A model generated the notes under the pieces. It worked only from the letters and a program-made list of their open reading frames with translations. It did not search any database and was not told the DNA's origin. Of a stretch of DNA of 64,000 nucleotides, positions 49,442 through 58,450 are shown piece after piece. Location of the stretch: contig OZ219926.1 of NCBI GenBank assembly GCA_964291405.2, forward strand, positions 3,424,001 through 3,488,000. Reading direction: 5' to 3'. Numbering within the stretch: the first letter of the stretch is position 1; every line of letters begins with the position of its first letter. Position numbers and translations under genes: made by a program. This stretch comes from Thermodesulfobacteriota bacterium (GTDB lineage: Bacteria > Desulfobacterota > Binatia > Bin18).

Positions 49442-50344
49442 ATGCGACTAGCCTGTATTCCGGCCTTTGTTATAGCAACTTTGGCCATTTTTCTTTTTAC
49501 TGCTGCACCAGCACGCGCGGGTTCGCCCTGGCTCCCCGCACCAGGGGCCGGAGACGTCAACCTGTCTTACACCTACCAGACTGCGGACGAATTTTATCGC
49601 AACACCACAAAAGTCCCGACACCAGGAAACGTCGGAGAAGATCTCGTACAGCACACGACGTATGTAGAAGCGCGCTACGGATTGTTGGATAACCTCGCCC
49701 TAGACGGTCGTATCGGCTATGCGCAAGGCCACTATAGCTTCGACCCTTCCCGCGGCGCAGGCGCGATCAGTGAGAAGAGTCCTGACGGTTTGGCCGATGT
49801 GAACCTGGGCATCACCTATCGTCTCCTTGACGAGACGATCACCGAGAGCCCACTACTACCCACTCTCGCCATACGTTTCGGCGGGATCATCGCCGGAGAC
49901 TACGAGAGCGGCGACATCAATTCGATTGGTGATGGCGGTGACGGGTTTGAGGTCTCAGGCATGGCAGGTAAGTTTATCGGCGATATGTTCGTTCTGTCCT
50001 CGGAGTTCGGATACCGTAACCGCACCAACGATATACCGGACAATCTCTTTTTGAACCTGTCCGGTGGGATCATCCTTTTCAACCGCGTAAGCCTGAACAT
50101 CAGCTACTATCGCGTTGACACCCCGTGGTCCAGCTTCGACATTGGCGACCCCGGCTTCTCTCCGATCGGAAATGTTTTTCCCGAACTGAAAGAGGAGATG
50201 GAACTCATCGGTGGCGGATTCAATGTTGCGGTCACGGACAGCATTAACCTCGGGTTTCAGTATGCGTCGGTCATCGAGGGCCGGAATACCGCGGCGTCCG
50301 ATGTTTTCAGTGTATCGCTCGGCTACTCGTTTGACGCCTATTGA
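49442..50344 (+). CDS. Putative outer-membrane beta-barrel protein
   Basis: Signal peptide (APARA), alternating amphipathic strands, G.ADV.LG..YR, C-terminal VSLGYSF. Confidence 0.75.
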   Translation: MRLACIPAFVIATLAIFLFTAAPARAGSPWLPAPGAGDVNLSYTYQTADEFYRNTTKVPTPGNVGEDLVQHTTYVEARYGLLDNLALDGRIGYAQGHYSFDPSRGAGAISEKSPDGLADVNLGITYRLLDETITESPLLPTLAIRFGGIIAGDYESGDINSIGDGGDGFEVSGMAGKFIGDMFVLSSEFGYRNRTNDIPDNLFLNLSGGIILFNRVSLNISYYRVDTPWSSFDIGDPGFSPIGNVFPELKEEMELIGGGFNVAVTDSINLGFQYASVIEGRNTAASDVFSVSLGYSFDAY

Positions 50345-50418
50345 TCCTTCCTATTCCACCTGATGAGCTTGCTTGAGGCCTGCTGCAAGACGTGACGGAA
50401 GGGAAGTCATGGGATACG

Positions 50419-50943
50419 ATGACTGAAATACGGCTTCCCCATAATTCTCATTCGGTGGACCACCGCTTCGGCGTCTCTTTGGAGCATCTGACCCGGACGG
50501 TCGCGATGGCAGGCGGCCTGCTACTGATCGGGGTCATGGCGATGACCGTGATCAGTGTTCTCGGACGCTATCTCTTCAATGCGCCGATCCCAGGCGATTA
50601 CGAGATGACCGAGCTTGCCTGTGGGATCGCCGTGTTTGCCTTCTTCCCCTATGGCCACCTGAAGAACGCCAACATCGTTGTTGAGTTCTTCACCGCTCGA
50701 CTGCATCCGCGTCTCAAGACGGCGTTGGACACGGTGCACAGTTTCGCCTTTACGGTGGTCTCAGGTCTCGTCGCTTGGCGCCTCTTCGTCGGTGGAATGC
50801 ACAAACTGAGGGATGGCGAGACCACACTGTTTCTCGCCATCCCGATCCATTGGGGTTACTTCCTGGCGCTACTGGGAGCAGGATTGTTGACCGCGGTCTG
50901 CGTCTGGGTGTTCTCCCGTCATCTGCACGCACTCAGGCAATGA
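50419..50943 (+). CDS. TRAP transporter small permease (DctQ)
   Basis: SVLGRYLFNAPIPGDYEMTE, NIVVEFF; 4 TM segments. Confidence 0.9.
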   Translation: MTEIRLPHNSHSVDHRFGVSLEHLTRTVAMAGGLLLIGVMAMTVISVLGRYLFNAPIPGDYEMTELACGIAVFAFFPYGHLKNANIVVEFFTARLHPRLKTALDTVHSFAFTVVSGLVAWRLFVGGMHKLRDGETTLFLAIPIHWGYFLALLGAGLLTAVCVWVFSRHLHALRQ

Positions 50944-52256
50944 CCAATATCGAGTTCGGCGGGCTCTTGTTCGGCATCTGCGTGGTGTTGATCGCTTTCC
51001 GGATGCCCGTTGGGGTCGCAATGTTCGTGGTCGGCGGTTTCGGCTTCGCCTCGTTGGCGGGATGGTCGGCGTTTCTCAACCTCCTCAACACTGCCCCGTT
51101 CAGTCGGGTGTCGAGCTATACCCTTTCGGTGCTGCCGCTATTCCTGCTGATGGGTCAGTTTGCGACCCGGGCGGGGCTCACCCGCTCGCTGTTCACAGCA
51201 GCTCGCGCGTGGGTGGGACACTATCGCGGCGGGCTCGCCATCTCGACTATCTGTGGATGTGCGGCGTTCGGGGCTGTCTGTGGCTCGTCGATCGCGACCG
51301 GAGCGACGATGGCCTCGGTGGCGCTGCCCGAGATGAAACGCTCCGGCTATTCCGGGGCGCTGGCTACCGGTACGCTGGCCGGCGGCGGTACGCTCGGTAT
51401 TCTGATCCCTCCTTCGATCATCCTGGTGATCTACGCGATCATTACCGAACAGTCGGTCGGCAAGCTGTTTCTCGCCGCGCTCATCCCCGGTCTCATCACG
51501 GTGCTTGGTTATTCGATCGCGATCAGCCTGTATGTCCGGCTCAAGCCCGAATCGGCCCCGGTCGCGCCGGCCGTGCCGTTCAGTGAACGCGTGCGCAGCC
51601 TGGGCGCGGTGCTGCCGGTCGCGGCGATCTTTCTGCTGGTCATCGGCGGCATCTATCTCGGCGTGTTCACCCCGACCGAGGGCGCTGCCATCGGGGCTGC
51701 GGCCACCGCCTTGGTCGCCGTTGCCTCTGGCCGGATGAGTTGGGCGAGCCTTGTATCGAGTCTGCTCGATACCGCGCAAGCCACCGCGATGGTCTTCATT
51801 ATTTTAATTGGTGCCGATATCTACAGCGCCTTTCTCGCGCTGTCCCAGATTCCGGTCGAACTGGCGGACGCGCTCACGACATCGGGACTGGCGCCAATGC
51901 CGATCCTGATCGGTATTTTGGTCGTCTATTTGCTCCTCGGCTGCGTGATGGACAGCATGGCCATGATCCTTCTCACAGTGCCGGTATTCTTCCCGCTGGT
52001 CACCGGGCTTGATTTCGGCTTCACCGAGGAGGAGATGGCGCTCTGGTTCGGAATTCTGACGCTGATCGTCGTCGAGATCGGGCTGATCACCCCGCCGATC
52101 GGCCTCAACGTCTACATTATCAATTCGCTGGCCGAGGGCGTCCGACTTGGCGAATCGTTCCGGGGCATCGTCCCGTTCCTGCTGAGCGACTTTGTCCGAG
52201 TCGCGATCATTCTGGCCCTGCCCGCAACCTGCCTCTGGCTCCCGGGGTTGCTCTAG
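50940..52256 (+). CDS. TRAP transporter large permease (DctM)
   Basis: LPLFLLMG, FGAVCGSS, GTLGILIPPS, FTPTE, GLITPPIGLN. Confidence 0.95.
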   Translation: MTNIEFGGLLFGICVVLIAFRMPVGVAMFVVGGFGFASLAGWSAFLNLLNTAPFSRVSSYTLSVLPLFLLMGQFATRAGLTRSLFTAARAWVGHYRGGLAISTICGCAAFGAVCGSSIATGATMASVALPEMKRSGYSGALATGTLAGGGTLGILIPPSIILVIYAIITEQSVGKLFLAALIPGLITVLGYSIAISLYVRLKPESAPVAPAVPFSERVRSLGAVLPVAAIFLLVIGGIYLGVFTPTEGAAIGAAATALVAVASGRMSWASLVSSLLDTAQATAMVFIILIGADIYSAFLALSQIPVELADALTTSGLAPMPILIGILVVYLLLGCVMDSMAMILLTVPVFFPLVTGLDFGFTEEEMALWFGILTLIVVEIGLITPPIGLNVYIINSLAEGVRLGESFRGIVPFLLSDFVRVAIILALPATCLWLPGLL

Positions 52257-53290
52257 TCGCTATACTTAGCGACCAAGCGCCTCGCATCAGCGATCAGAGC
52301 CTGTCCATCATACCCCATAGCGCTGACCTTCTCGATCCAGCTATCAACAACCGTCTGGGTCACCCTCTCCCAGCGCGCCCTCTCCACTTCGGAGAGCGAC
52401 AGAATCGGATCGTCTCGCTTGACCGCAATGGCGCGACCCGGCTTCTCGTCGTCCTTCCATATCCGTCCGAGTCGTTTGGACAATGCCATCCCCGTGCTGT
52501 CGTCGATTATGGCTCTGATATCCTGCGGGAGCTGATCGTAGCGCTGTTTGTTCATTGTCATCACGAACACGGCGCAGGAGAGGAAGACCTCAGTGTGGTA
52601 TTTCGTCACTTCGTGCAGGCGGAGGGGGCGCAGGATGGTCCAAGGCATCCAGGTTCCGTCGACCACGCCCAGGGACAGCGCTTCATAGACTTTGGGGGCC
52701 GGCATACCGACCGGGATGGCGCCGAGCGCCCTGAGCATAGCCGCGCTAGCCTGCGATGGGACGCGCATCTTCAACCCCTTGAGGTCCTCCAAGGTGCGAA
52801 CCTGTTTCCCGGTGGTGTGGAGGTGGCTGCGTGCGGTGGTATGAAAGACCAACGGTTGAGTGTCCTTATATTCGTCCCGCATCCACTTCCGATAGAACTC
52901 GGTCAATGCTTGGCTGGTCGCTACTGCGTCGCCGGCAACGGAAGGCAGTTCGAATATCTCCGTCAGCGGAAAACGCCCCGGCGAGTAGCCGGGCAGGGTC
53001 CAGACAATATCAACCACCCCGTCACGCGCTTGGCCATAGAGATCAGACGGCTTGCCGCCGAGCTGCATGGCCGGAAACACTTGGATCTCGACTCGATTCT
53101 CGGACCTCTCCTCAATTGCCTGAGCCCAGGGCTGTATGAACAACCGATAGGCGATCGCCTTAGGCGCGCTGAAAGTGTGCAGCCGAAGCGTGATCTGCTC
53201 CGCGTATACACTGCTCGAAGGCGTGCAGACTATGCCCGCGCAGAGCGCGGCAAATGTCGCCCATCCCGTGACCCCTCGGAGCATAGTCAT
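52253..53290 (-). CDS. TRAP transporter substrate-binding protein (DctP)
   Basis: Signal peptide, FPAMQLGG, DGVVDI, PGRFP, DLKGLKMR, YEALSLGVVDG. Confidence 0.92.
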   Translation of the reverse strand: MTMLRGVTGWATFAALCAGIVCTPSSSVYAEQITLRLHTFSAPKAIAYRLFIQPWAQAIEERSENRVEIQVFPAMQLGGKPSDLYGQARDGVVDIVWTLPGYSPGRFPLTEIFELPSVAGDAVATSQALTEFYRKWMRDEYKDTQPLVFHTTARSHLHTTGKQVRTLEDLKGLKMRVPSQASAAMLRALGAIPVGMPAPKVYEALSLGVVDGTWMPWTILRPLRLHEVTKYHTEVFLSCAVFVMTMNKQRYDQLPQDIRAIIDDSTGMALSKRLGRIWKDDEKPGRAIAVKRDDPILSLSEVERARWERVTQTVVDSWIEKVSAMGYDGQALIADARRLVAKYSD

Positions 53291-53686
53291 CTGTTCCCTT
53301 TCTGATATTGACCTGAATGAATATCGGCTCTGTAGAGGATGTTCGTGAACTCTCCTGCCCACGCTTTGGCTGATCGCGGCTGTTTGAGCATGAGCTGCGT
53401 TATTGCGAGATACATAAAGGTCTCAGAGGTGACAGACAAGCGCAGTACGCCCTGGAGATATCGGCGTCCCCGAGTGACAAGCCGCCCCCGCGCATACGTG
53501 TTGTCCGCTCAGATCAACACCAACTGCCCGAAGCGATCGTTGAAAGGGCACAAACGCGGTGCTAGGCTCCTAGGCCATGCCATCGAGAGGAGATGTTCCT
53601 ATCGTTGCATTCCTCCGCACTAAGCCCAATATAACAACATCGGCCCGCAATGGCCGCCTCGTCCGCTGGAACATAAGGGGGCTGGT

Positions 53687-55435
53687 ATGAGTACCCACGC
53701 GTCCAAGCCTGGTTCCAGCATTCGCTACCAGCCCGACGAGAAACTTCCGGCGGCGCTTGCCCTCGGCCTCGCTCTGCAACTCGCCGCTCTCCTTTTGCCC
53801 GGTATCGTGCTGATTCCGACGACCATGTTCCAGGCCGTCGGCGCGACCGATGTCTTCCTGTTGTGGGCCGTATCTGCCTCCGTCATAGCCTGTGGTGTCA
53901 CCACGCTGCTGCAAGCGGTTCGGGTCGGCCCGGTCGGTGCAGGCTATATCCTGACGACAGGACCACCCGGAATCGCTATCGCGGTCAGCGCCATGGCGGT
54001 CGCCGCGGGCGGTCCGGCCTTGCTCGCCACCATGGTCTTCATCATGGCTCTCTTCCAGTTTGTGTTCTCCGCGCGTCTTTCGCTGTTCCGGCGGCTCCTG
54101 ACTCCGACCATCACGGGAACGGTGTTCATGCTGACGCCGGTTACGGTCATGCCGATTATCTTCAATCAGTTGAAGAACGTGCCGGACGGAACCCCGGCAT
54201 TGGCCGCTCCTCTGAGTGCTCTGGCGACCCTCCTCGTCGCTGTTGGCATCATGCTGAAGGCGACGGGGTCGCTGCGCCTCTGGGCGCCGGGCATCGGTAT
54301 TGCCGCCGGCTCAGCGATCGCCGGGGTTTTCGGTCTCTACGACATCGACCGCGTCGCTGAGGCTTCGTGGATTGGCCTCCCGAGGGCCGAATGGCCGGGC
54401 TTCGATCTCAACTTCGGGACGGCTTTCTGGGGGCTTCTTCCGGCGTTTCTGTTCATCGCCCTGCTCTGCACGGTCCAAACGATCAGCAGTGCCGTTTCCA
54501 TTCAGCGCCTATCCTGGCGTCAGCCCCGGGCGGTGGATTTCCGAGCGGTGCAAGGGGCGGTAGCCGCAGACGGCGTCGGCAATCTCCTGTCCGGCCTCGC
54601 GGGAACAATGCCGAACGGGTTCCGTCCGACGGGCGCGGCGATGGCTGAGCTGACCGGAATCAACTCCCCCAGTGTCGGAGTCGTCCTCGGGGCATTGCTC
54701 ATCACGCTCGCCTTCCTGCCGAAAGTGCTCGCCGTATTTCTGGCGATACCGAGCCCGGTTATCGCCGCTTTTATTACCATAACGATGGCAACGATTTTCA
54801 TCCTGGGTATAAAGGTCGTCGTTCAGGATGGGCTCGACTATCGCAGGGGCTTAATCGTCGGCGTCGCGTTCTGGCTTGGAGTCGGCTTTCAGAATGGCGT
54901 GATATTTCCCGAGTATGTATTGGAGTTCGCGGGAGGTCTGCTGCGGAACGGGATGATAGCCGGCGGCCTCGTCGCCATTGTCGTGACCCTCTTCGTGGAG
55001 CTGACGAAGCCGCGCCGCAGTCGGCTTGAGGTGGAGTTCGGCCTCTCGGCCCTGCAGAAGATCAGAGATTTTCTCGGCGTATTCGCGTCCCGCAACGGTT
55101 GGGACACAACCATGGCGGACCGCCTCGACGCCGTCGGCGAGGAGGCGTTGCTGACGCTCCTCGGGCAAGATGAAGCTGAAGAAGAGCGTCAGCGGCGGCG
55201 CTTGCTCCTGGTTGCGCATAAAGAAGACGGTGCGGCGATCCTCGAATTCGTCGCCTCGATGGGCGATGAGAACCTTCAGGATCAGATCGCGTTGCTCAGC
55301 GAGCAGCCCGCCGAAGATTTGATCGAGCGGGAAGTCTCACTTCGGCTATTGCGGCACCTCGCGTCCTCGGTTCGTCATCAACAATACCATGACGTTGACA
55401 TCGTGACCGTTCGTGTGGCAAGTCCAGACGGGTAG
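53687..55435 (+). CDS. NCS2 (xanthine/uracil permease) family protein with extra C-terminal cytoplasmic domain
   Basis: Y.PDEK..., GVTTLLQ, ADGVGNLLSG, PKV..., followed by about 140 soluble residues. Confidence 0.85.
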   Translation: MSTHASKPGSSIRYQPDEKLPAALALGLALQLAALLLPGIVLIPTTMFQAVGATDVFLLWAVSASVIACGVTTLLQAVRVGPVGAGYILTTGPPGIAIAVSAMAVAAGGPALLATMVFIMALFQFVFSARLSLFRRLLTPTITGTVFMLTPVTVMPIIFNQLKNVPDGTPALAAPLSALATLLVAVGIMLKATGSLRLWAPGIGIAAGSAIAGVFGLYDIDRVAEASWIGLPRAEWPGFDLNFGTAFWGLLPAFLFIALLCTVQTISSAVSIQRLSWRQPRAVDFRAVQGAVAADGVGNLLSGLAGTMPNGFRPTGAAMAELTGINSPSVGVVLGALLITLAFLPKVLAVFLAIPSPVIAAFITITMATIFILGIKVVVQDGLDYRRGLIVGVAFWLGVGFQNGVIFPEYVLEFAGGLLRNGMIAGGLVAIVVTLFVELTKPRRSRLEVEFGLSALQKIRDFLGVFASRNGWDTTMADRLDAVGEEALLTLLGQDEAEEERQRRRLLLVAHKEDGAAILEFVASMGDENLQDQIALLSEQPAEDLIEREVSLRLLRHLASSVRHQQYHDVDIVTVRVASPDG

Positions 55436-55486
55436 ACGTGAGGCGACCACGACTTCACCAATTTCTCAATGAAGGAGGATACGTTG

Positions 55487-55786
55487 ATGTATTTCGTGAT
55501 TTTCATAACCGACAAACCAGGTGCGGAACAGACGCGGATTGATATGATGGACACCATTCGTACCTATCTGCATGATCACCCTGATCATCCCAGCGTCAGC
55601 CTTCATCACGCCGGCCCGACGCTGGCCGAGAACGGAGAGACCATAAACGGCTCTCTCCTGGTGGTCGAAGCGCCTTCGCTTGAGGCGGTGCGGGCTTTTG
55701 TTGCGGACCATCCTCTCAACAAGGCGGGTCGCCTCGCCGAATGTCAGGTGCGTCAGTGGGACTGGCGGACGGGCTGCCCCACCTAG
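55487..55786 (+). CDS. YciI family protein
   Basis: DKPG, AGPTL, GSLLVVEA, DHPL.KAG; AGGAGG RBS. Confidence 0.85.
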   Translation: MYFVIFITDKPGAEQTRIDMMDTIRTYLHDHPDHPSVSLHHAGPTLAENGETINGSLLVVEAPSLEAVRAFVADHPLNKAGRLAECQVRQWDWRTGCPT

Positions 55787-55931
55787 GGTCCGGTCATAAC
55801 CAACGCTCCGGGCGGTACTCCGCCGCCCTCCTCAATTCGGCCCTTCTTCTGTAGTGCTGACTTGGAACTGGTGGCTGCAACTACGTCATCCGCCGGTCAG
55901 TATGACTTCCACCGGAGATACGGGGGAATGT

Positions 55932-57263
55932 GTGGAGATCAAAGACCTGATTATCGATGACCGTGAGAGAGGAATTTTCAGGGTCCACAGGTCGACCATG
56001 ACCTCCAGAGATTTGTTTCGGCGGGAACAGGCACGTATCTTCAACCGCTGCTGGATATATCTGGGACACGAGTCGGAAGTGGAAAACCCCGGAGACTACC
56101 GGCGCCGCACAGTAGCGGGCCGCCCGCTTTTCTTTATCCGTGGGAAAGACGGTCAGGTCCGGGTGTTCCTCAATTCCTGTCCCCACCGGGGTGCGTTGAT
56201 CTGCCGCCGCGACGAGGGAAACGCCGAAGTCCTGCGATGCTTCTATCACGCCTGGTCTTTCAACACCTCCGGGGAGTTGATCGGCCTCCCCGGGGAAGAC
56301 GCCTACGGCCCTTCCTTCGACCGGAGCGAACTGAGCCTGAAGGAACCACCGAGGGTCGACAGCTACCGGGGTTTTTACTTCGTGAGTTTCAACCCCGCTG
56401 TCGAAGACCTGCTCTCCTACTTGGCAGGAGCCAGAGACTACCTTGACCTGATCGTGGATCAGGCCGAGGCAGGGATGCAGGTAGTTTCCGGTTCCAACAT
56501 GTACACGATAAAGGCCAACTGGAAGCTCCTGGCCGAAAACAGCCTGGATGGATATCACCTGATCCCGACCCATCGGACTTACGTGGATTATATCGCCGGT
56601 CTGGGGACAGACGACAGCGGGGACACGATGGCGGCCCGCCCCCCCGGCGTAGCGAGAGCCTTGGGCAACGGCCATTGTGTGTCGGAGAACATCGCCCGGA
56701 GCGGCCGCCCCATCGCCCACTGGCACCCCTTATTCGGCGAAGAGGCGCGGGAACCGCTGGCGCGAGTCCGCCGGCGGTTGGTGGGAAAATACGGAGAAGA
56801 GCGCGCCTACCGGATGGCCGATACCTCTCGCAATCTGCTCATCTATCCCAACCTGATCATCCTGGACTTCGTGGCCATCACCATCAGGTATATCGAACCC
56901 CTGGCACCCGACAGCATGGAAGTCACGGCATGGCACTTGGCCCCCAGGGAGGAATCAGGCGCCAGGCTGGTCACCCGACTCGACAGTTTCCTGACGTTCC
57001 TCGGACCGGGCGGCTTTGCCACCCCGGATGATGTGGAAGCCTTGGAATCGTGTCAGACCGGCTTTCGTGCCACCGAAACCGAGTGGTCCGACCTCTCCAG
57101 GGGCATGCTCAAGCCCACCCCGGGAACGGCGGATGAGCTCCAGATGCGAGGATTCTGGCGACAATGGCACGCTCATATGCAAGGTCTGAGCAAGACCGAC
57201 GTACAGGACGGGCTCCCCACCGTCAGGGAAGCCGCGGTGGCTTCCGGATCAGGGGAACGATGA
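55932..57263 (+). CDS. Aromatic ring-hydroxylating dioxygenase alpha subunit (p-cumate dioxygenase-like)
   Basis: CPHRG...CFYHAW Rieske motif, NWKLLAENSLDGYH...H, FLGPGGFATPDD; start uncertain. Confidence 0.92.
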   Translation: MEIKDLIIDDRERGIFRVHRSTMTSRDLFRREQARIFNRCWIYLGHESEVENPGDYRRRTVAGRPLFFIRGKDGQVRVFLNSCPHRGALICRRDEGNAEVLRCFYHAWSFNTSGELIGLPGEDAYGPSFDRSELSLKEPPRVDSYRGFYFVSFNPAVEDLLSYLAGARDYLDLIVDQAEAGMQVVSGSNMYTIKANWKLLAENSLDGYHLIPTHRTYVDYIAGLGTDDSGDTMAARPPGVARALGNGHCVSENIARSGRPIAHWHPLFGEEAREPLARVRRRLVGKYGEERAYRMADTSRNLLIYPNLIILDFVAITIRYIEPLAPDSMEVTAWHLAPREESGARLVTRLDSFLTFLGPGGFATPDDVEALESCQTGFRATETEWSDLSRGMLKPTPGTADELQMRGFWRQWHAHMQGLSKTDVQDGLPTVREAAVASGSGER

Positions 57264-57754
57264 TGGCCGCTCACCCGCCGACATTGCGCGAACTGGTAGA
57301 GGATTTCCTGTTTCAGGAAGCCGCGATGCTGGATGAATGGCGCCTGGACGACTGGGTCAAGCTTTTTACCGAAGACGCCCGGTACGTGGTCCCCACCACT
57401 GATTTGCCGGAAGGGGACCCCAAACGCGACCTGGTGTTCATCAATGACGACATCACCCGGTTGCACGCCCGGGTGGCGCGGTTAACCAGCCGTCATGCGC
57501 ACCGCGAGTATCCGTGGTCGCGGACCCGCCGGTTTGTTTCCAACGTGCGGGTTGAAGAAAGCAACGATGCCGAGCTGTCGGTCACGGCAAACGTCCTGGT
57601 TTACCGGTTTCGGAGCGGGGAGGGAGCGCCTTACGTTGGCAGCATTGACTATGTCCTGCGGCGGGATGGCGGAGACTTGAGAATAGCCTATCGGCGTGCA
57701 GTGCTGGACTTGGAAGCGCTCTCGTGGCACGGGGCGGTCAGCATCATCTTTTGA
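57260..57754 (+). CDS. Aromatic ring-hydroxylating dioxygenase beta subunit
   Basis: FLFQEAAMLDEWRLDDW, HREYPWSRTRRFVSNV; ATGA overlap with the alpha gene. Confidence 0.92.
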   Translation: MMAAHPPTLRELVEDFLFQEAAMLDEWRLDDWVKLFTEDARYVVPTTDLPEGDPKRDLVFINDDITRLHARVARLTSRHAHREYPWSRTRRFVSNVRVEESNDAELSVTANVLVYRFRSGEGAPYVGSIDYVLRRDGGDLRIAYRRAVLDLEALSWHGAVSIIF

Positions 57755-57805
57755 ACCCCGGGGCAATGTGATTCGTCGAAGCCTACGGGGCCATCAGGAT
57801 GAAGG

Positions 57806-57835
57806 TTGAATACATAAAAGCAACAAGTATACAAT
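57806..57835 (+). promoter_or_regulatory. Possible sigma70 promoter of the precursor gene
   Basis: TTGAAT-N18-TACAAT in an AT-rich patch, upstream of an AGGAGGT RBS. Confidence 0.4.
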
Positions 57836-57860
57836 GCACTCAACCCATAGGAGGTGACTC

Positions 57861-58058
57861 ATGGAAGACCCGAAGGTAGGCAAGCTCCGCGAGAAGTTGG
57901 GGCTCTCTGCCAAGGACCAGCAGGAGACGGCAGGTAAGGCGATCAGCCCCAATCTGCGGAAGAAGATCTCCACCGATCCGAAACCAGGGGGGAATTTCCT
58001 TTCCGCGACCACCGATCCGAAATCAGGGGGGAATTTCCTTTCCGCGATTGGCTCGTGA
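57861..58058 (+). CDS. Putative RiPP precursor peptide with two repeated core cassettes
   Basis: AGGAGGTGA RBS; 65 aa with a Lys-rich leader then TDPKPGGNFLSAT/TDPKSGGNFLSAI; co-oriented upstream of a radical SAM peptide maturase. Confidence 0.85.
   Translation: MEDPKVGKLREKLGLSAKDQQETAGKAISPNLRKKISTDPKPGGNFLSATTDPKSGGNFLSAIGS
57970..58047. repeat. Tandem 39-bp direct repeat (2 copies) within the precursor gene
   Basis: CCACCGATCCGAAA(C/T)CAGGGGGGAATTTCCTTTCCGCGA at 57970-58008 and 58009-58047; one mismatch. Confidence 0.95.
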
Positions 58059-58120
58059 CCGATACGGCGATGCCGCTAAGCAGTCCACGTTAAGCGCGTC
58101 ATCGCCCCCTCCCCGAAGGC

Positions 58121-58144
58121 GGGCAGCTCTGAGAAGAGCTGCCC
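58121..58144 (+). other. Stable hairpin downstream of the precursor gene
   Basis: GGGCAGCTCT-GAGA-AGAGCTGCCC: 10-bp stem, GNRA loop, no U-tract. Confidence 0.7.
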
Positions 58145-58450
58145 CGTGTTGTGACGGGCCGTTATCTCGATTACGGCGTGGGGTGGTCGGTCGGAGTCAT
58201 GACCCAAACATCCGCACTTGTCCCATCGCCTGGAACCGATTAACCTACACTTCCAACGAAGCGCGGTTACTTCCTGGAGACGGACGCCGGCAAGCTGGAG
58301 TACTGTCACGTCGCCGGGGGAGGCCATTGGCTAATCTCAATCGACAAGCGTCGACGACCAGACTATCTCGGCAAAGAGGTCGTTCAAGCACGCCAGCAAC
58401 GTAATGCGAGTTCGACTCTACCAAGGCCAACCATAATACGGGTAACGAGC

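Noticed and set aside
57970-58047. 39-bp direct repeat as a mini CRISPR array
   Set aside because: The copies are directly adjacent with no spacer, keep the reading frame, and no cas genes are present.
58241-58243. Selenocysteine or pyrrolysine read-through into the rSAM
   Set aside because: The stop is TAA, not TGA or TAG.
58048-58404. 118-aa ORF between precursor and rSAM as a tailoring gene
   Set aside because: TTG start overlapping the precursor, Arg-rich low-information sequence, runs through the hairpin, no motif.
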